NCBI GenBank assembly: GCA_964016885.1 | Contig: OZ024745.1 | Coordinates: 23,002,001 to 23,066,000, forward strand | From: Eledone cirrhosa | Lineage: Eukaryota | Direction of reading: 5' to 3' | DNA length: 64,000 nt | Shown here: positions 40,631 through 55,581 of the stretch, piece by piece | Layout of the letters: each line of letters starts with the position of its first letter | Numbering within the stretch: the stretch's first letter is position 1 | Notes under the pieces: model-generated | Seen by the model: only the letters and a program-made list of their open reading frames with translations | The model's database searches: none | What the model was told of the DNA's origin: nothing | Translations under genes and position numbers: made by a program

Positions 40631-41879
40631 CCTATAATATAATATAATAAAAATCGTAAACTACAGAATGTGTTTGTATTTAATGTTTTAGGGAGAAAGT
40701 GACATCCGAAGGAGTACCCTCCACTTCCAGCTAACTTACCCTCCGCCTCTGGGTCCCGGCCGATAGGATGGAGAATACATATGTTTATAGAGAGAGGGAG
40801 AGGATGGTGCGAGAGTGAATGTGAAATAGGAAGAAAGTAAAGAAATAAACAACAACGGGGGTGTGTTGGTGGCGTGTTGGGGCGTGTTGGTAGAGAAGTC
40901 GTTATGTATATGTCTACATATTCCGACATAAAGAGACGAGCCCGTCTCCCTCGTCATCTTCCGCGGTAATGTCTTCTTCATCCTGTTGGTTTTTTCCCTT
41001 TATCTAGTGATGTGTGTGGTTGGTTGCAGGTGTTTGCATATAGGTGTGTGGGAATTGATTATTCCCGTCCGCGGGGAATATTTACATAAATAATTGTGGT
41101 TTGAATTTGCTAATGAATTGTTATTCTCTATTTATTCTCTGTTGTCGAGTGAATGAGTCTGAGCATTTTTAGATAGAAGTCCAACCTGCTTGAAGTAGCA
41201 TAAACCACGGCCTATCATATTAAATAAGGAAATCGCTCATTGTAGCCCTACATCGCTAAACTTAAGGTGGTAGACTTAAATCCATCGCCCGGTTTAACAC
41301 CACCACATGGTGACTGGGTACCTTTAGCTGAGTCTACTTTGTTATAAACAGTTTGGCCAAGTCTCTAATCTGGTTACTTTCTTCTCTCTCTCACCAGGCC
41401 CATGCCCAGACTTTGTTGTTTGTGGGACCAGAGTTGGGGCGGGAGCTTCCAAGTCTTTTAGAGGGGCACTTTAATACGTAATAATTCTAAGGCTAAATTT
41501 TGGAATAAGTATATTACTAATTTTTCCTAAATCTTGAGGTTGCACCATTGAAAAATAGAGGGACAATGCCATCCTCAAGCATGACCTTCCTTTCAAAGAC
41601 GGTATGAGGGGATTTAAGAGCAATTTGGCTGCTATTTATAGCAGGTTGATCAACCAATAGAAACTATCACATTGGTTTGTGGTCTCTGTTGTAATAGATT
41701 TCTGTTACTTATTTCTGAGCACTGGTTAAACATTCATTCCAGTTCTGACCACCTCTTCTGTTTTCTGTATCTATGACAACAATTTGTAATGCATCCTCCG
41801 CATAATACGCACGTGAGATTTTTTTCTCTAATTCTTTCCGTTCCTTCCTCTTCTCTCTCTCTACTTTTCTATTTCATCT

Positions 41880-42138
<259 letters not shown>

Positions 42139-42199
42139 CTATATATATATATAAATATATATATATATTTATCTATATATATATATATATATATATTTA

Positions 42200-42246
<47 letters not shown>

Positions 42247-42281
42247 CTATATATTTATATATATATATATATATATATTTA

Positions 42282-42351
<70 letters not shown>

Positions 42352-42365
42352 TAAATATATATATA

Positions 42366-42442
<77 letters not shown>

Positions 42443-42539
42443 GAGGTGGTGAGAATGGTGTTAATGTCATGAGGCAGTAAATGTGTATTGGAGTCATGCA
42501 AAGACCACCATAACCCTCCCCGCCACAACCGTCATCCTC

Positions 42540-42912
42540 ACAGCCATCACCACCACCACCACCACCACCACCACTATAAAAGCCAATGCCTCTCACGTGA
42601 ATCGTGTTCACAACCAGCGCCATATGTACGCCACCACAACTATCAGCATCACCAGAAGCACCACCACCACCAGCAGCCTCACCAACAGCAGCACCACCAC
42701 CACTAACATCACCACCACCAGCACCAACAACAGCAATAACAATTGCAACTACCAAAACAACAAAATCATACCAACAACATGATAATAAAGCAAAAATACG
42801 TACAACCAATACCATCGGAAGAAATACCACTACTACCACCACCATTACCACAACAACTACCACAACAACAACTAAAACAATGACAACTAACACAACAATA
42901 ACAACAACAACA

Positions 42913-42943
<31 letters not shown>

Positions 42944-43420
42944 CAACAACCTCACCAACAACAACAAAAACTACCACAACAACAACAACCACAACAATCA
43001 CAACAATTACAACAACCACAACAACAACAAATACGACAACAACAACTACAACAACTACAACAACCAAAACAACCAGAGCTACAACTAAGTTTGTGAAAAC
43101 GAACAGCGGATATTGGAGAAACTAGACAGAGAATAATCCAATATGGCAGCCATGTTGCTGGCAGACATGATGTCAACACCATGTCATGAAAACTGTTTCC
43201 TACAGCTTCGACACCGCCACCACCACCCACCACCACCATCACCACTGCCATTGCCACCGCCATCACCACCAGCACAACCACCACCACCACCCACTACTAC
43301 TATCACCACCGCCACCCACCACCATTGCCACCCTCACCACCATCACCACCACCACCACCACCACTACTATCACCACCACCACTACCAACGCCATTGTCAC
43401 CACCACCCACAATCACCATA
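42540..43420. repeat. (ACC)n/(AAC)n/(AGC)n low-complexity region
   Basis: Direct reading. Confidence 0.9.
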
Positions 43421-43436
43421 CTTTTAACTAATATCG

Positions 43437-44622
43437 ACACGTGTAGTATGGTGTTTAGCTGGAGATAGTATAACTAGGAAGATGTCACGTGTAGTATGGT
43501 GTTTAGCTGGAGACACAGTATAACTAGGAAGATGTCACGTGTAGTATGGTGTTTAGCTGGAGACACAGTATAACCAGAAAGGTGTCACGTGTAGTATGGT
43601 GTTTAGCTGGAGACAGTATAACAAGGAAGATGTCACGTGTAGTATGGTGTTTAGCTGGAGACACAGTATAACTAGGAAGATGTCACGTGTAGTATGGTGT
43701 TTAGCTGGAGACACAGTATAACCAGGAAGGTGTCACGTGTAGTATGGTGTTTAGCTGGAGACAGTATAACTAGGAAGATGTCACGTGTAGTATGGTGTTT
43801 AGCTGGAGACACAGTATAACCAGTAAGGTGTCACGTGTAGTATGGTGATTAGCTGGAGACAGTATAACCAGGAAGGTGTCACGTGTAGTATGGTGTTTAG
43901 CTGGAGACACAGTATAACCAGGAAGGTGTCACGTGTAGTATGGTGTTTAGCTGGAGACACAGTATAACCAGGAAGGTGTCACGTGTAGTATGGTGATTAG
44001 CTGGAGACAGTATAACTAGGAAGATGTCACGTGTAGTATGGTGTTTAGCTGGAGACACAGTATAACCAGGAAGGTGTCACATGTAGTATGGTGTTTAGCT
44101 GGAGACAAAGTATAACTAGGAAGATGTCACGTGTAGTATGGTGTTTAGCTGGAGACACAGTATAACCAGGAAGGTGTCACGTGTAGTATGGTGTTTAGCT
44201 GGAGACACAGTATAACCAGGAAGGTGTCACGTGCAGTATGGTGATTAGCTGGAGACAGTATAACTAGGAAGATGTCACGTGTAGTATGGTGTTTAGCTGG
44301 AGACACAGTATAACCAGGAAGGTGTCACATGTAGTATGGTGTTTAGCTGGAGACAAAGTATAACTAGGAAGATGTCACGTGTAGTATGGTGTTTAGCTGG
44401 AGACACAGTATAACCAGGAAGGTGTCACGTGTAGTATGGTGTTTAGCTCGAGACACAGTATAACCAGGAAGATGTCACGTGTAGTATGGTGTTTAGCTGG
44501 AGACAAAGTATAACCAGGAAGGTGTCATGTGTAGTATGGTGTTTAGCTGGAGACAAAGTATAACTAGGAAGATGTCACGTGTAGTATGGTGTTTAGCTGG
44601 AGACACAGTATAAACAGGAAGA
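43437..44622. repeat. Tandem satellite, 48-50 bp unit x ~24 (CACGTGTAGTATGGTGTTTAGCTGGAGACACAGTATAACCAGGAAGGTGT)
   Basis: Direct reading; no unique spacers. Confidence 0.95.
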
Positions 44623-44808
44623 CGTCTGTAACATCTTGTCGTTAGACCGATTAGGTTCGTCTTATAAGACAGTTTGGTCAGGACTGGCCTGGGGTTATAA
44701 AATCGATAACAATTATTCGTTTTTACACCCCTCCCTACTTACCTACCTACCTCCTTCATTCCCTCACTACCTATCTACCTACCTCTCATCTCTCTCTCTC
44801 TCTATATA

Positions 44809-44878
<70 letters not shown>

Positions 44879-44971
44879 GGAAAATTTGAACAGGAACAAA
44901 ACAGAGAGGCAGTACAACGAATGTTTATTAATTTCACGCTCTTGAGAATGGGGTATATATATATATATATA

Positions 44972-45156
44972 TAACAAAGGAATTGTGGTAAGGAACCAGA
45001 TAGACCATAACGCACCAGAGTACTCAATACTTAGGGTTGTAGAGTGGGAAATAGGAAAAAGTATGACCCCGACGGCAGAGCTCAAGCCGTTTCGACGGCT
45101 ATTTCTGAAATAGCCGTCGAAACGGCTTGAGCTCTGCCGTCGGGGTCATACTTTTT

Positions 45157-45160
<4 letters not shown>
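44972..45160 (-). mobile_element. Fold-back family A copy
   Basis: Near-perfect ~55 bp arms centred on CTATTTCTGAAATAG. Confidence 0.85.
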
Positions 45161-45227
<67 letters not shown>

Positions 45228-45232
<5 letters not shown>

Positions 45233-45451
45233 TGTATATATAGTGTTTTTTGCAATACACTGTATGCTTAATTAAAATCATTTCGAAGACCTTATGCTAT
45301 TGTTTGCTGAAAATTAAAGTAAGTGAGTCTGTCACTACTCTAAAACAATAGCGTAAGGTCTTCGAAATGCTTTTAATTAAGCATACAGTGTATTGCAAAA
45401 TACACTATATATACATTCATATATATATATATAGCTATTTCAGAGCACCAA

Positions 45452-45458
<7 letters not shown>
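45228..45458 (+). mobile_element. Fold-back family B copy
   Basis: Homologous to 36520-36792 with a different inversion point. Confidence 0.8.
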
Positions 45459-45506
<48 letters not shown>

Positions 45507-45757
45507 CACCAGTGGATAGAACTGGTCATTCCGTATGGTCAACCTCGATGTAATATTATGGAGAGCACTCAACGTAATGCAAGTCACCCGTCTTCGTTTG
45601 TGTAGTTGGTGGTGCGAGTACAGAGTTAATTATTATAAAATAACAGGACTTGAGGGCGGCCGACCGAGGTAGATGTTGCTAAATGTTCGGTCACCCTCAT
45701 GTCTCATATGTTCAGCCCCTTGGATTTTGTCTATTATATTCCTCTGTTATATTTTGA

Positions 45758-45815
45758 ATACCTGATGATGTCACCGGATTCATACTGACCCCGGTCATTG
45801 AAATGATGATAGTAT
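45758..45815 (+). ncRNA. Type I HHR motif
   Basis: atac-CTGATGA-..ACCGG..CCGGT..-GAAAT gatg ATA-gtat, then AATAAA. Confidence 0.65.
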
Positions 45816-46559
45816 AATAAACCTTTCAGGGAATTACACCAGTCCAGCCTCCTCTTATTTTATATATATACATATATATACTTTCCTAACCGTCATCCCT
45901 CTAAACGCCTTCTTTCTCTCCCTCTATCTCCCTTCCTCTCATCGACTAAACCTCACACCATCACTTCCTTCTATACCCCTCTAAACCTCTTCTTCTTCTT
46001 CTTCTTCTTCTTCTTCTTCTTCTCCTCCTCCTCCTCCTCCTCCTCCTCCTCCTCCTCCTCCTCCTACATCTCTTGTCACATCAGACATTTCCGCTCCAGT
46101 CTATCACCTCATCTCCAGCCAACTCACCACCGCCACCGCCGCCTGACTTCTGTTTCAATCTATTCCAAATCAACAATATCAAACTAACCACCCACCCCTA
46201 TCTCTTCACCCACCCCCATACACAGCACTATACTTATACAGTCATCCTCACTAAGCCACTGTCCCAACCCTCCCCACACACTACTAACCATCGTAACCAT
46301 CGTCAACGACTCAATTACTCGTCAACTGACCATCACCACACTACACCATACCACACCACACTACACTACACCGTACCACACCACACCATCACCACAACAT
46401 ACCACACGACACCTCACCATCACTACACTACACCACACCATCACCACACCATCACCACACCACACCATCACCACACTAAACCGCCATCTCAGAATATTTA
46501 TTTCGATTTGTTATGTATGTTGTATATGTTATCTCTTTCTCTTAATTTCGAGTATATTT

Positions 46560-48780
46560 TTTTGACCGGCCACCTTCCTGGTGGCAAGGTTGTAAAAGAA
46601 AAGAAATTGTCATCCCTTGAATCGCAACAATGTTTTGCAAATTTTGAAGGTGCCAGCTATCGCAGCCATTTGTAGACTATGAATTAGGGAGCTGCGTTCT
46701 TTGTCCGCAAATCCAAGTTCAGTCATACTTTGGTCCAAGCGGGTTGGTATATAACCCGTAGCTCCAATAATGATGGGTATGAAGCTAAAGGTGTATCTTG
46801 GATACTGGATTTGTAAACTCCTCATCAATGGCCCGTAGATGTCCTCCTTCTCCTGTATTTTTCTGACAACTTTTACTTCAAGTGGACAGCTGATCTCCAC
46901 AACAGAACACGTTTTCAATGTGTGGTCCCAAACAACAATATCAGGCCGGTTGTGCTTTAATTTGGTGGCAGTTTTTATTTTCAGGTTCCACCAGTATTTC
47001 TTAGTGCCATCTGTCTCAATATATTCTTCCTCGTTTGTTGTTAATTTTGTTTTCCGAAGTGCGTCCCAGGTGGTTCTAGCTATCCCATCGTGTCTCGTGG
47101 GGAGGTAGTAGCGAGATGACATTCTTTCGCAGCTGGCAACAATGTGGCTTACATCCTCGATCTTTGTTTTACATAGCCTACATTTATTGTCAGCTGCTGG
47201 CCCTCCCTTTTTGTGCAGCAGATATTTGGTAGGGAGTTCTTGTTCCTGTATTGCATAGAGATATCCCTCAAGGTGTGATGTCATAAACTTGTCGGAACTC
47301 CATGCCAGGCTTTTTGAGTGGTTTATCCCCTCTATGGTCTGTGTTTTACGTCTCAAGTATCCATGCACAACTTTTTCTGTAAATTGGTCAATTTTTTCAT
47401 CTTGTTTGAATATTGAATAGGATGTTCCGATTTCTCTGGGTGAGAGATTTATATCAGGCTTTATTCCATATCTCTGCTCCAGATCAGTCGCTATTCTAAT
47501 GATATTTTTTTTTCATGCTCATAAACCTGGGCAAGATGGTTGCCAACCTTTTTCCTCTGTTGAAGGTGTTGCTTCAGTGTTACTATCCGGGTCCCATATG
47601 TTGTTAGTATGGATTTTAGACTCCGGCCACCTTCCTTGCGTGAGAAGTATAGCCTATCCACATCACCATTGATGTTAAAGTTCCCAGTAACACTGAGAAG
47701 TTTGCGAGTTCTAACATCCATCTCACTTAGTTCTTGCAATGACCAGTTCAGCAGGCCAAATGTTGGCGTTAGAATTGGCACAGCATAAGTATTGTGGGAA
47801 ATGTATTTGTTGTACGCTGACAGTTCTGATGACCATATTTTCTTTACTCTTCTGAGGCATTCAGTTCTGGTTCTCTCCTTATTTATGGGTTCATTATATC
47901 TGACATGCTCGTCCTGTCCAAGATATCTGTAGTTGTCACCAGACTGTAGAGGTTGTATTGTCAGGCCGTTCATCTCTAGATTTCTAGAGGAGAGCACAGC
48001 TCTTCCACGTTTTACTGCCAAATATGCACACTTGGACTCACCAAATTTCATTTTGATGTCTGTTGAAAATTGTGTAATGAGGTCCAATTGTTTCTTGATG
48101 TCATTGATATTTGGCCCATACAACTTCAGGTCATCAACAAAGAAAAGATGGGAGATACTTCTGGACCCACTTCTTTGTCCACCTTGTTTCCTGAGTAGGT
48201 AAGATAGTCGATTTAGTGAGAGAACGAAGAGTAGCACTGACAAGCTATCACTCTGAACGATGCCCTTCTGGTAATGTATCTTATCAGTCTTAACTTGCTC
48301 CTTCTCACCTCTAAGGATCAAATTGGTGTACCAGTTCTTGGTCAGGCATTCAACAGCAGCTACCAATGGTTGGGGGACTTTGGCTAACTGTAAAGCCTTA
48401 ATAATCCACCCATGAGGTACACTATCAAATGCTTTTTGATAGTCCAGCCACACCACAGTCATGTTTCTGCGATTCTTTGTTGTTTTTCCTGAATCATTTT
48501 ATTAGTTAGTAGGTGATCTATGCAAGCCTACACCTCCCTCTTTCCACCAGCTTGCTCAGGTGTTATGATGTTGTTGGTAGCACAGTGATCCTGTAAGAAC
48601 AGGTTAAGGCACCCAGTATATAATTTATACATGATGTTTTGGCAGGCTATTGGGCGGTAATTTTTAGCAAGGGTGGTTTGGCTATTTGGGGGAATGAGGA
48701 GAGTGGTGGCAGTTGATAACCATCTGGGCAGTTCTTGTGTGCCTTTAGTGGTTTCTGCAAACAGCCGCATGAGATTTGCC
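46560..48780 (-). mobile_element. 5'-truncated R4/Dong-type non-LTR retrotransposon (RT + CCHC + restriction-like endonuclease), frameshifted
   Basis: NYRPIAC, WLDYQKAFDSVPH, GIVQSDSLS, HLFFVDDLKLY, YRYLG, CRLC..H...C, RHD, RPDIVVWD..VEISCP..K; split over three ORFs; 3' hairpin GCCACC aggaa GGTGGC. Confidence 0.88.
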
Positions 48781-48819
48781 GATAGAATGTATGTATGTAT
48801 GTATGTATGTATGTATGCA

Positions 48820-49465
48820 TGTATTCGCTGGCTGGACTAAAAAGTCATATTCGTTCAGCGCATCGGTAGGAGTTCTCCTAGATGGATATAAAGTATTGGC
48901 CGTACTCGAAAACGAGTTGGCAGCCACCATGTATATATATATGTATGTATATATATATGTCAGGTCACCACTTGGATATGTCAGGTCACCACTTGGTGAC
49001 CTGTCAAAGGGCAAAGGAGCTCTTGAGAGTCAATGGCCATCCAAAATCACTGGGAGAGATGACCCCTTAGCCTTTGTCAAGGCAGAATTCTAGGAGAAGG
49101 AAAACTCTGATATAACACCTGCAACCCTGATGGTATCCAATGATGTTGACTTGTTCTTCTTTTTGGTAAATATCATCTTGGTTAAGAGAGTGGGACTGGC
49201 TTTGTGCAGTGCCTTTGCTCACTATAAAAGCTTCACGGCACAGGCATTACTTTATATCTGGAGATCTCTCTGCACTTGTCGTCACATGGTACCAAAGGCA
49301 AAGCACTATGTGTCGATAATTGTCACAAGTGTAGTGTTTGTACCAGAGTTTTCAAGTCGCTGGCTGAACTAAAAAGTCACACTCGTTCAGCGCATCGGTA
49401 GGGGTTCTCCTACATGGATATAAAGTAGTGGCCGTACTCGAAAACGAGTTGGCAGCCATCATGAT
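48820..49465 (+). mobile_element. RTE-derived bipartite elements (3' stub 48820-48930; longer copy ~48995-49465)
   Basis: Highly similar to 18455-18920. Confidence 0.75.
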
Positions 49466-49494
49466 GTATGTATGTATGTTCTCTCGATTTCGCA

Positions 49495-49900
49495 ATTTTG
49501 ACCGGCCATCCTCCCGGTGGCAAGGTTGTCAAGAAAAGGAAATTATCGTCGTCTCTGGTGAAATCGTTCATCCTTTGAATCGTAAGAATGTTTTGCAGAT
49601 ATTGAAGGTCCCAGATGTCATGGCCTTGAATTAAGGGGCTAAGTTCTTTCTCTACAAATCCAAGTTCAATTATACTTTGGTCCAGGTGGGTTGGTATATA
49701 ACCTGTAACTCCAATAATAACAGGTATGAAGCTGAATGTGTATCTTGGATATTGGATATGTAAACTCCTCATCAATCGTCCGCTGATATCCTCTTTATCT
49801 TGCATTTTTCTTACAATATTGACATCGAGAGGGTAACTTCTATAGCAAAGCATATTTTTAATCTGTGATCCCGAAAACAATATCGGGCCGGTCATGTTTA
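49495..49900 (-). mobile_element. Diverged 3' fragment of the same R4-type family
   Basis: PLDVNIVRKMQDKEDI..QYPRYTFSFIPVIIGVTGYIPT matches the 46610-47368 ORF. Confidence 0.85.
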
Positions 49901-50156
49901 AATTCGTGACAAACTTTGAGCGTCACAAATGGGTGCATATTATATATATATGTGGGTATGTGTATGTAATAAAAAAAATGTAATAAAACACTGTTTATCA
50001 CTTGAATCAAAAAATATATATTTTATTAATATATATCATATATTTTTAGATTCCAGTAATATGCCATTCAGCCATCAATCTCAATATATTTCTCCTTATT
50101 TATACTTACTTCCGTCTTAGTGTATTCCAGATTTCTGTTGAAAAGTGTGTGTGTGA

Positions 50157-50230
<74 letters not shown>

Positions 50231-50594
50231 TGTGATGTCGACTTATGAATGTATGTCTGTACATAATTGTTTTAGTGTGCGCGTATGTGCTGAGATGTAT
50301 GTGTGTTTTGGTGCGCAAGTCTGTGAGCATGTGTGGGAGTGTATATTGTGTATGGGAAGTATAATTTTGTAATTATAAAATTCTTTGTGAAAATAAGCAA
50401 GTGTAAACACACTTTTATTATTCCCATCATATAGACAAAACATAAGATTTTAAACGTATGGTAACCTAAATAGACGAATAGTCTACGTTTATAAGTTGAT
50501 GAGTAAAAAAAATGGCACAAAATTTGTCAGCTTTGCTTTGGGGTAATGGTAGCAGATCTGTCTGGCACACGGCTGGTGTGAATTCATCTACTAA

Positions 50595-51040
50595 AGACGA
50601 TGCTGTCCACTTTTTGCATCTCTAGGGACTTAACTGCCCAGGTGTAAGTTCGTGGATCACAAGCAATGTTGTCCACTTTTTTCAGTCTATAAGGACTTAA
50701 AAACCCAGGAGTGGGTTTCTGGGCCACGAGCAATGTTGTCCACTTTTTTCAGTCTATAAGCACTTAAAAACCCAGGCGGCGGTTTCTGGGCCACGAGCAA
50801 TGTTGTCCACTTTTTTCAGTCTATAAGGACTTAAAAACCCAGGAATGTGTTTTGGGGCCACGAGCAATGTTGTCCACTTTTTACGACTCTAAGGCCATAA
50901 ATGCCCAGATGTTATTTCGTGGACCACAGGCAATGCTATCTATTTTCTTCGGTCACTAGGAACTTAAATGCCCTGCCGGGAATTCATGGGCGAGAGGCGA
51001 TGCTGTCGACTTAGTTCCGTCTCTGGGAACTTAAATACCT
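50595..51040. repeat. ~65 bp tandem repeat x ~7, homogeneous centre and diverged edges
   Basis: GCAATGTTGTCCACTTTTT..GACTTAAAAACCCAGG..GGCCACGA. Confidence 0.9.
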
Positions 51041-51249
51041 AACTTGTTTGACTATATTTCATCGACAAACAGCCCTGCTGATACAGTTAATTCTGAGCTA
51101 ATGTACATTCAAAGTTCCTACTTCACTCAAGACTTCGTAAAATTACGTCTGTATGCTAAGATATTGCATTTATGTTTCAAATTTTACATGTTAGAGTGCA
51201 TTAGTCACACGTCTTGTGTAGAAATGTGTACATAGGCGGGGACAGTTTG

Positions 51250-51293
<44 letters not shown>

Positions 51294-51458
51294 TATATAT
51301 ATGTATATGTGTGTGTACATATGTGGGTGGGTACGGTGTGAGTATATATATGTATGTATACGTGTGTGTACATACGTGGGGTTTGTGTGGATATAAATAT
51401 AAATATATATATACTCACATATACACACACATTTCTTCTTAGCTTCGTACGGACGTAT

Positions 51459-51543
<85 letters not shown>

Positions 51544-52724
51544 CTTACGCACGTGCACAAGTATAGGTCTCTTTTTACAAAACGGTGTTTTTCCATTTCA
51601 GGTAGACACGCGCCATCATCCACTTTTCTAAAAAAACAAATCATACAGAAAACGCCATCACCAACAGTTTTGTAAGAGATGTCAACCTGAATGGACCTCT
51701 TATTTTTATCTAAAGACATTTTTTCCAATTCCAACCCGCCCGTCCCCTCAATCTATTTTATTTTTCATTCTTTCTTCTGATGAAGGACTAGCGTCCGAAA
51801 CGGTAAGACACTCTTCCTGCTATATCAAGCGTTAACCTAATATATACCTTCCATATACTGTACCGATTGTGTTGTTATTTCTGTTTACCTTTTACATACA
51901 CACACACACGCACACACACACACACACACGTGCGTGTTACACGTGTATGTGTGTGTGTGGGTATGTGTATGAGTGTTGATGTGTGTGGGTATGTGTATGT
52001 GTGTGGGTATGTGTGTGTGTGGGGGTATGTGTATGCGTGTGCGTATGTGTGTGTGTGGGGTATGTGTGTGTGGGGGGGTACGAGTATGTGTGTGGGTATA
52101 TGTGTGTGCATGTGTTGATATGTGTATGTGTGTGGGTATGTGTGTGCGTGTGGGTGTGAGTAAGTGTGTGTGGGTATGTGTATGTGTGGGTATGTGTATG
52201 GGTATGTGTGTGGGTATGTCTATGTGTGGGTATGTGTGGGTATGTCTATATGTGGGTATGTGTGTGTGGGCATGTGTTTGTGTGTGGACATGTGTATGTG
52301 TGTGGGCATGTGTATGTGTGTTGATATGTGTATGGTATATGTATGAGTGTGTGTGAGTATGTGTGTGTGTGGGTATGTGTATGTGTGTGGGTATGTGTAT
52401 GTATGTGAGTATGTGTATGTGTGTGGATATGTGTATGTGTGGGTATGTGCATGTGTGGGTATGTGTGTGGGGGTATCTGTGTGAGTGGGTATGTGTATGT
52501 TTGGGCATGTGTATGTGTGGGTATGTCTGTATATGTGTGTATGTGTATGTGTGTGTATTTGTATGTGTGTGTGTGTATGTGTGTGTATGTGTATGTGTGT
52601 GTGTGTGTGTATGTGTGTGTATGTGTATGTGTGTGTGCTTAAGCTCTTCTCATGTACACCCCTACCTCTATATACATTTATGTTATTTTACTGTCTCTAT
52701 ACATGTATGTGCTTGTCTAAATCT

Positions 52725-53940
52725 ATGTGTACATGTATGTGTACATGTGTGTGTACATGTCTGTGTACATGTATGTGTACATGTATGTGTACATGTATGT
52801 GTACATGTATGTGTACATGTGTGTGTATATGTATGTGTACATGTATGTGTACATGTATGTGTACATGTGTGTGTACATGTATGTGTACATGTATGTGTAT
52901 ATGTATGTGTACATGTATGTGTACATGTATGTGTACATGTGTGTGTACATGTATGTGTACATGTATGTGTACATGTATGTGTACATGTGTGTGTATATGT
53001 ATGTGTACATGTATGTGTACATGTGTGTGTACATGTATGTGTACATGTGTGTGTACATGTGTGTGTAGATATATGTGTACATGTGTGTAGAAATGTATAT
53101 GTACATGTGTGTGTACATGTATGTGTACATGTATGTGTACATGTATGTGTACATGTGTGTAGAAATGTATGTGTACATGTGTGTGTACATGTATGTGTAC
53201 ATGTATGTGTACATGTGTGTGTACATGTATGTGTATATGTATGTGTACCTGTGTGTAGAAATGTATGTGTACATGTATGTGTATATGTATGTGTACATGT
53301 GTGTAGAAATGTATGTGTATATGTATGTGTATATGTATGTGTACATGTGTGTGTACATGTGTGTGTAGATATATGTGTACATGTATGTAGAAATGTATGT
53401 GTACATGTATGTGTATATGTATGTGTACATGTGTGTGTACATGTATGTGTACATGTGTGTGTACATGTGTGTGTACATGTATGTGTACATGTATGTGTAT
53501 ATGTATGTGTACATGTATGTGTATATGTATGTGTACATGTGTGTGTAGAAATGTATGTGTATATGTATGTGTACATGTATGTATACATGTATGTGTACAT
53601 GTGTGTAGAAATGTATGTGTATATGTATGTGTACATGTGTGTGTAGATATATGTGTACATGTATGTAGAAATGTATGTGTACATGTATGTAGAAATGTAT
53701 GTGTATATGTATGTGTACATGTATGTGTACATATATGTGTACATGTGTGTGTACATGTGTGTGTACATGTGTGTGTACATGTATCTGGACATATATGTGT
53801 ACATATATGTAGAAATGTATGTGTATATGTATGTGGGAATGTATGTGTACATATATGTGTACATATATGTAGAAATGTATGTGTACATGTGTGTGGGAAT
53901 GTATGTGTACATGTGTGTGGGAATGTATGTGCACATGTGT
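52725..53940. repeat. 12-bp minisatellite (GTACATGTATGT)n
   Basis: Direct reading. Confidence 0.95.
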
Positions 53941-54221
53941 GTGGGCTTGTGTGTGTGTGGTTGGGTATTTAGCCACAAAACATCATGGCTATCCATTACA
54001 TATAACGACCATTTTATGGCGTTCAAATACCAATAAGTGCCTTATCGAACATCAATGACATTGCTTTATTTTTCCTTTCTTGTCTCACCTCCATTCTCTC
54101 TCTCTCTCTATCTATCTATCTCTCGCCCTCACCCTCTCTCTCTCTGACACTGTCACCCTACCTAACTCACCATTCGACATCTATCAATCTATTCATCTAT
54201 TTATCTATATATATCAATTTC

Positions 54222-54275
<54 letters not shown>

Positions 54276-54365
54276 CATACACACACATACATTTTCAGAT
54301 AGATATATATATATATATTCTTCTACAGTTTCTAGATAATAGACTATCGGCATCACTTACAGGCG

Positions 54366-54396
<31 letters not shown>

Positions 54397-54573
54397 GGGG
54401 GGGGGGGTGAGAGACCGGAGAGTGTGGGTATGTTTATGTGCTTTTATGTGTATTGATAGGGTATAATTGTCAAAAAGAAGTAATAAAACACTGTTTATCA
54501 CTTGAATCATATGATATATATTTTATTGATATATTAAAACCGAAGAAATTTATACCTACACACACACACACAC

Positions 54574-54669
<96 letters not shown>

Positions 54670-54684
54670 ATATATATATATATG

Positions 54685-54860
54685 TAGTTGACAGTCGAGA
54701 GAAAAGGGTGCTCAATACCGACGTAGAGTTTTTTATATTGGAGTTTTACTTGCTTCTAACAGGTCATCTGACTAAAACAAGAACAGTTTTATCTGATGAC
54801 TGTGAGAAGCAGGCGAAACTCCAGAGTAGCAAGACTCACTACTATTTAACCTTAATAAAA
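54685..54860. mobile_element. Diverged fold-back PLE tail with HHR 54786-54835 (+)
   Basis: gttttat-CTGATGA-CTG tgagaag CAG gc-GAAACTC ca GAGTA-gcaagac; decayed mirror copy 54740-54770. Confidence 0.7.
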
Positions 54861-54898
54861 TGAATATATCTATATGTATATATATATATATATATATA

Positions 54899-54939
<41 letters not shown>

Positions 54940-55423
54940 CACAGTATGGGAAGTGGGGGAATCTCAGATCAGAGTTGATATAGAAATTAATAAAATTCCC
55001 CACCCGCACACAACAATATGTGAGGTGGGTTTTATATATGTGTGAATGTATGTTAATGTAGTTTTAGAGTTGGTGAATAACTGAATGCTTGTTTTGTTGA
55101 CTTATTTCAGGAAAAGGCAGATAAACTATTTTACGCAGTTGATAAATGAACATTTTTTAATACATTTTGGATAGAAATATCTACCATATGCCACTAATAA
55201 AATTGTTCTTCAAACTGGCAAAAGAATGTTATATTTCTCCGGGAGACAAATATGACACATATATAATTCTTAATATTTTCATCATTGAAACTTCCGATAT
55301 ATTTTGATAGTGTAGTGGTAATGTGTCTTTCTGTGTGTCTAGCTATATATATATATATATCGCAAAAATATTTTTTTAATGGGATTTCAGTAAGCCTTTC
55401 ATAGCTTTATATTTCACTAATTA

Positions 55424-55581
<158 letters not shown>

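Noticed and set aside
43437-44622. CRISPR-like regular array
   Set aside because: Head-to-tail monomers with no unique spacers and no cas genes; eukaryotic satellite
52363-54026. 400+ aa Cys/His/Tyr-rich ORFs
   Set aside because: Artefact of the 12-bp minisatellite
55096-55150. Possible terminal exon after TTGACTTATTTCAG (EKADKLFYAVDK*)
   Set aside because: Too short, no upstream partner exon or recognisable homology
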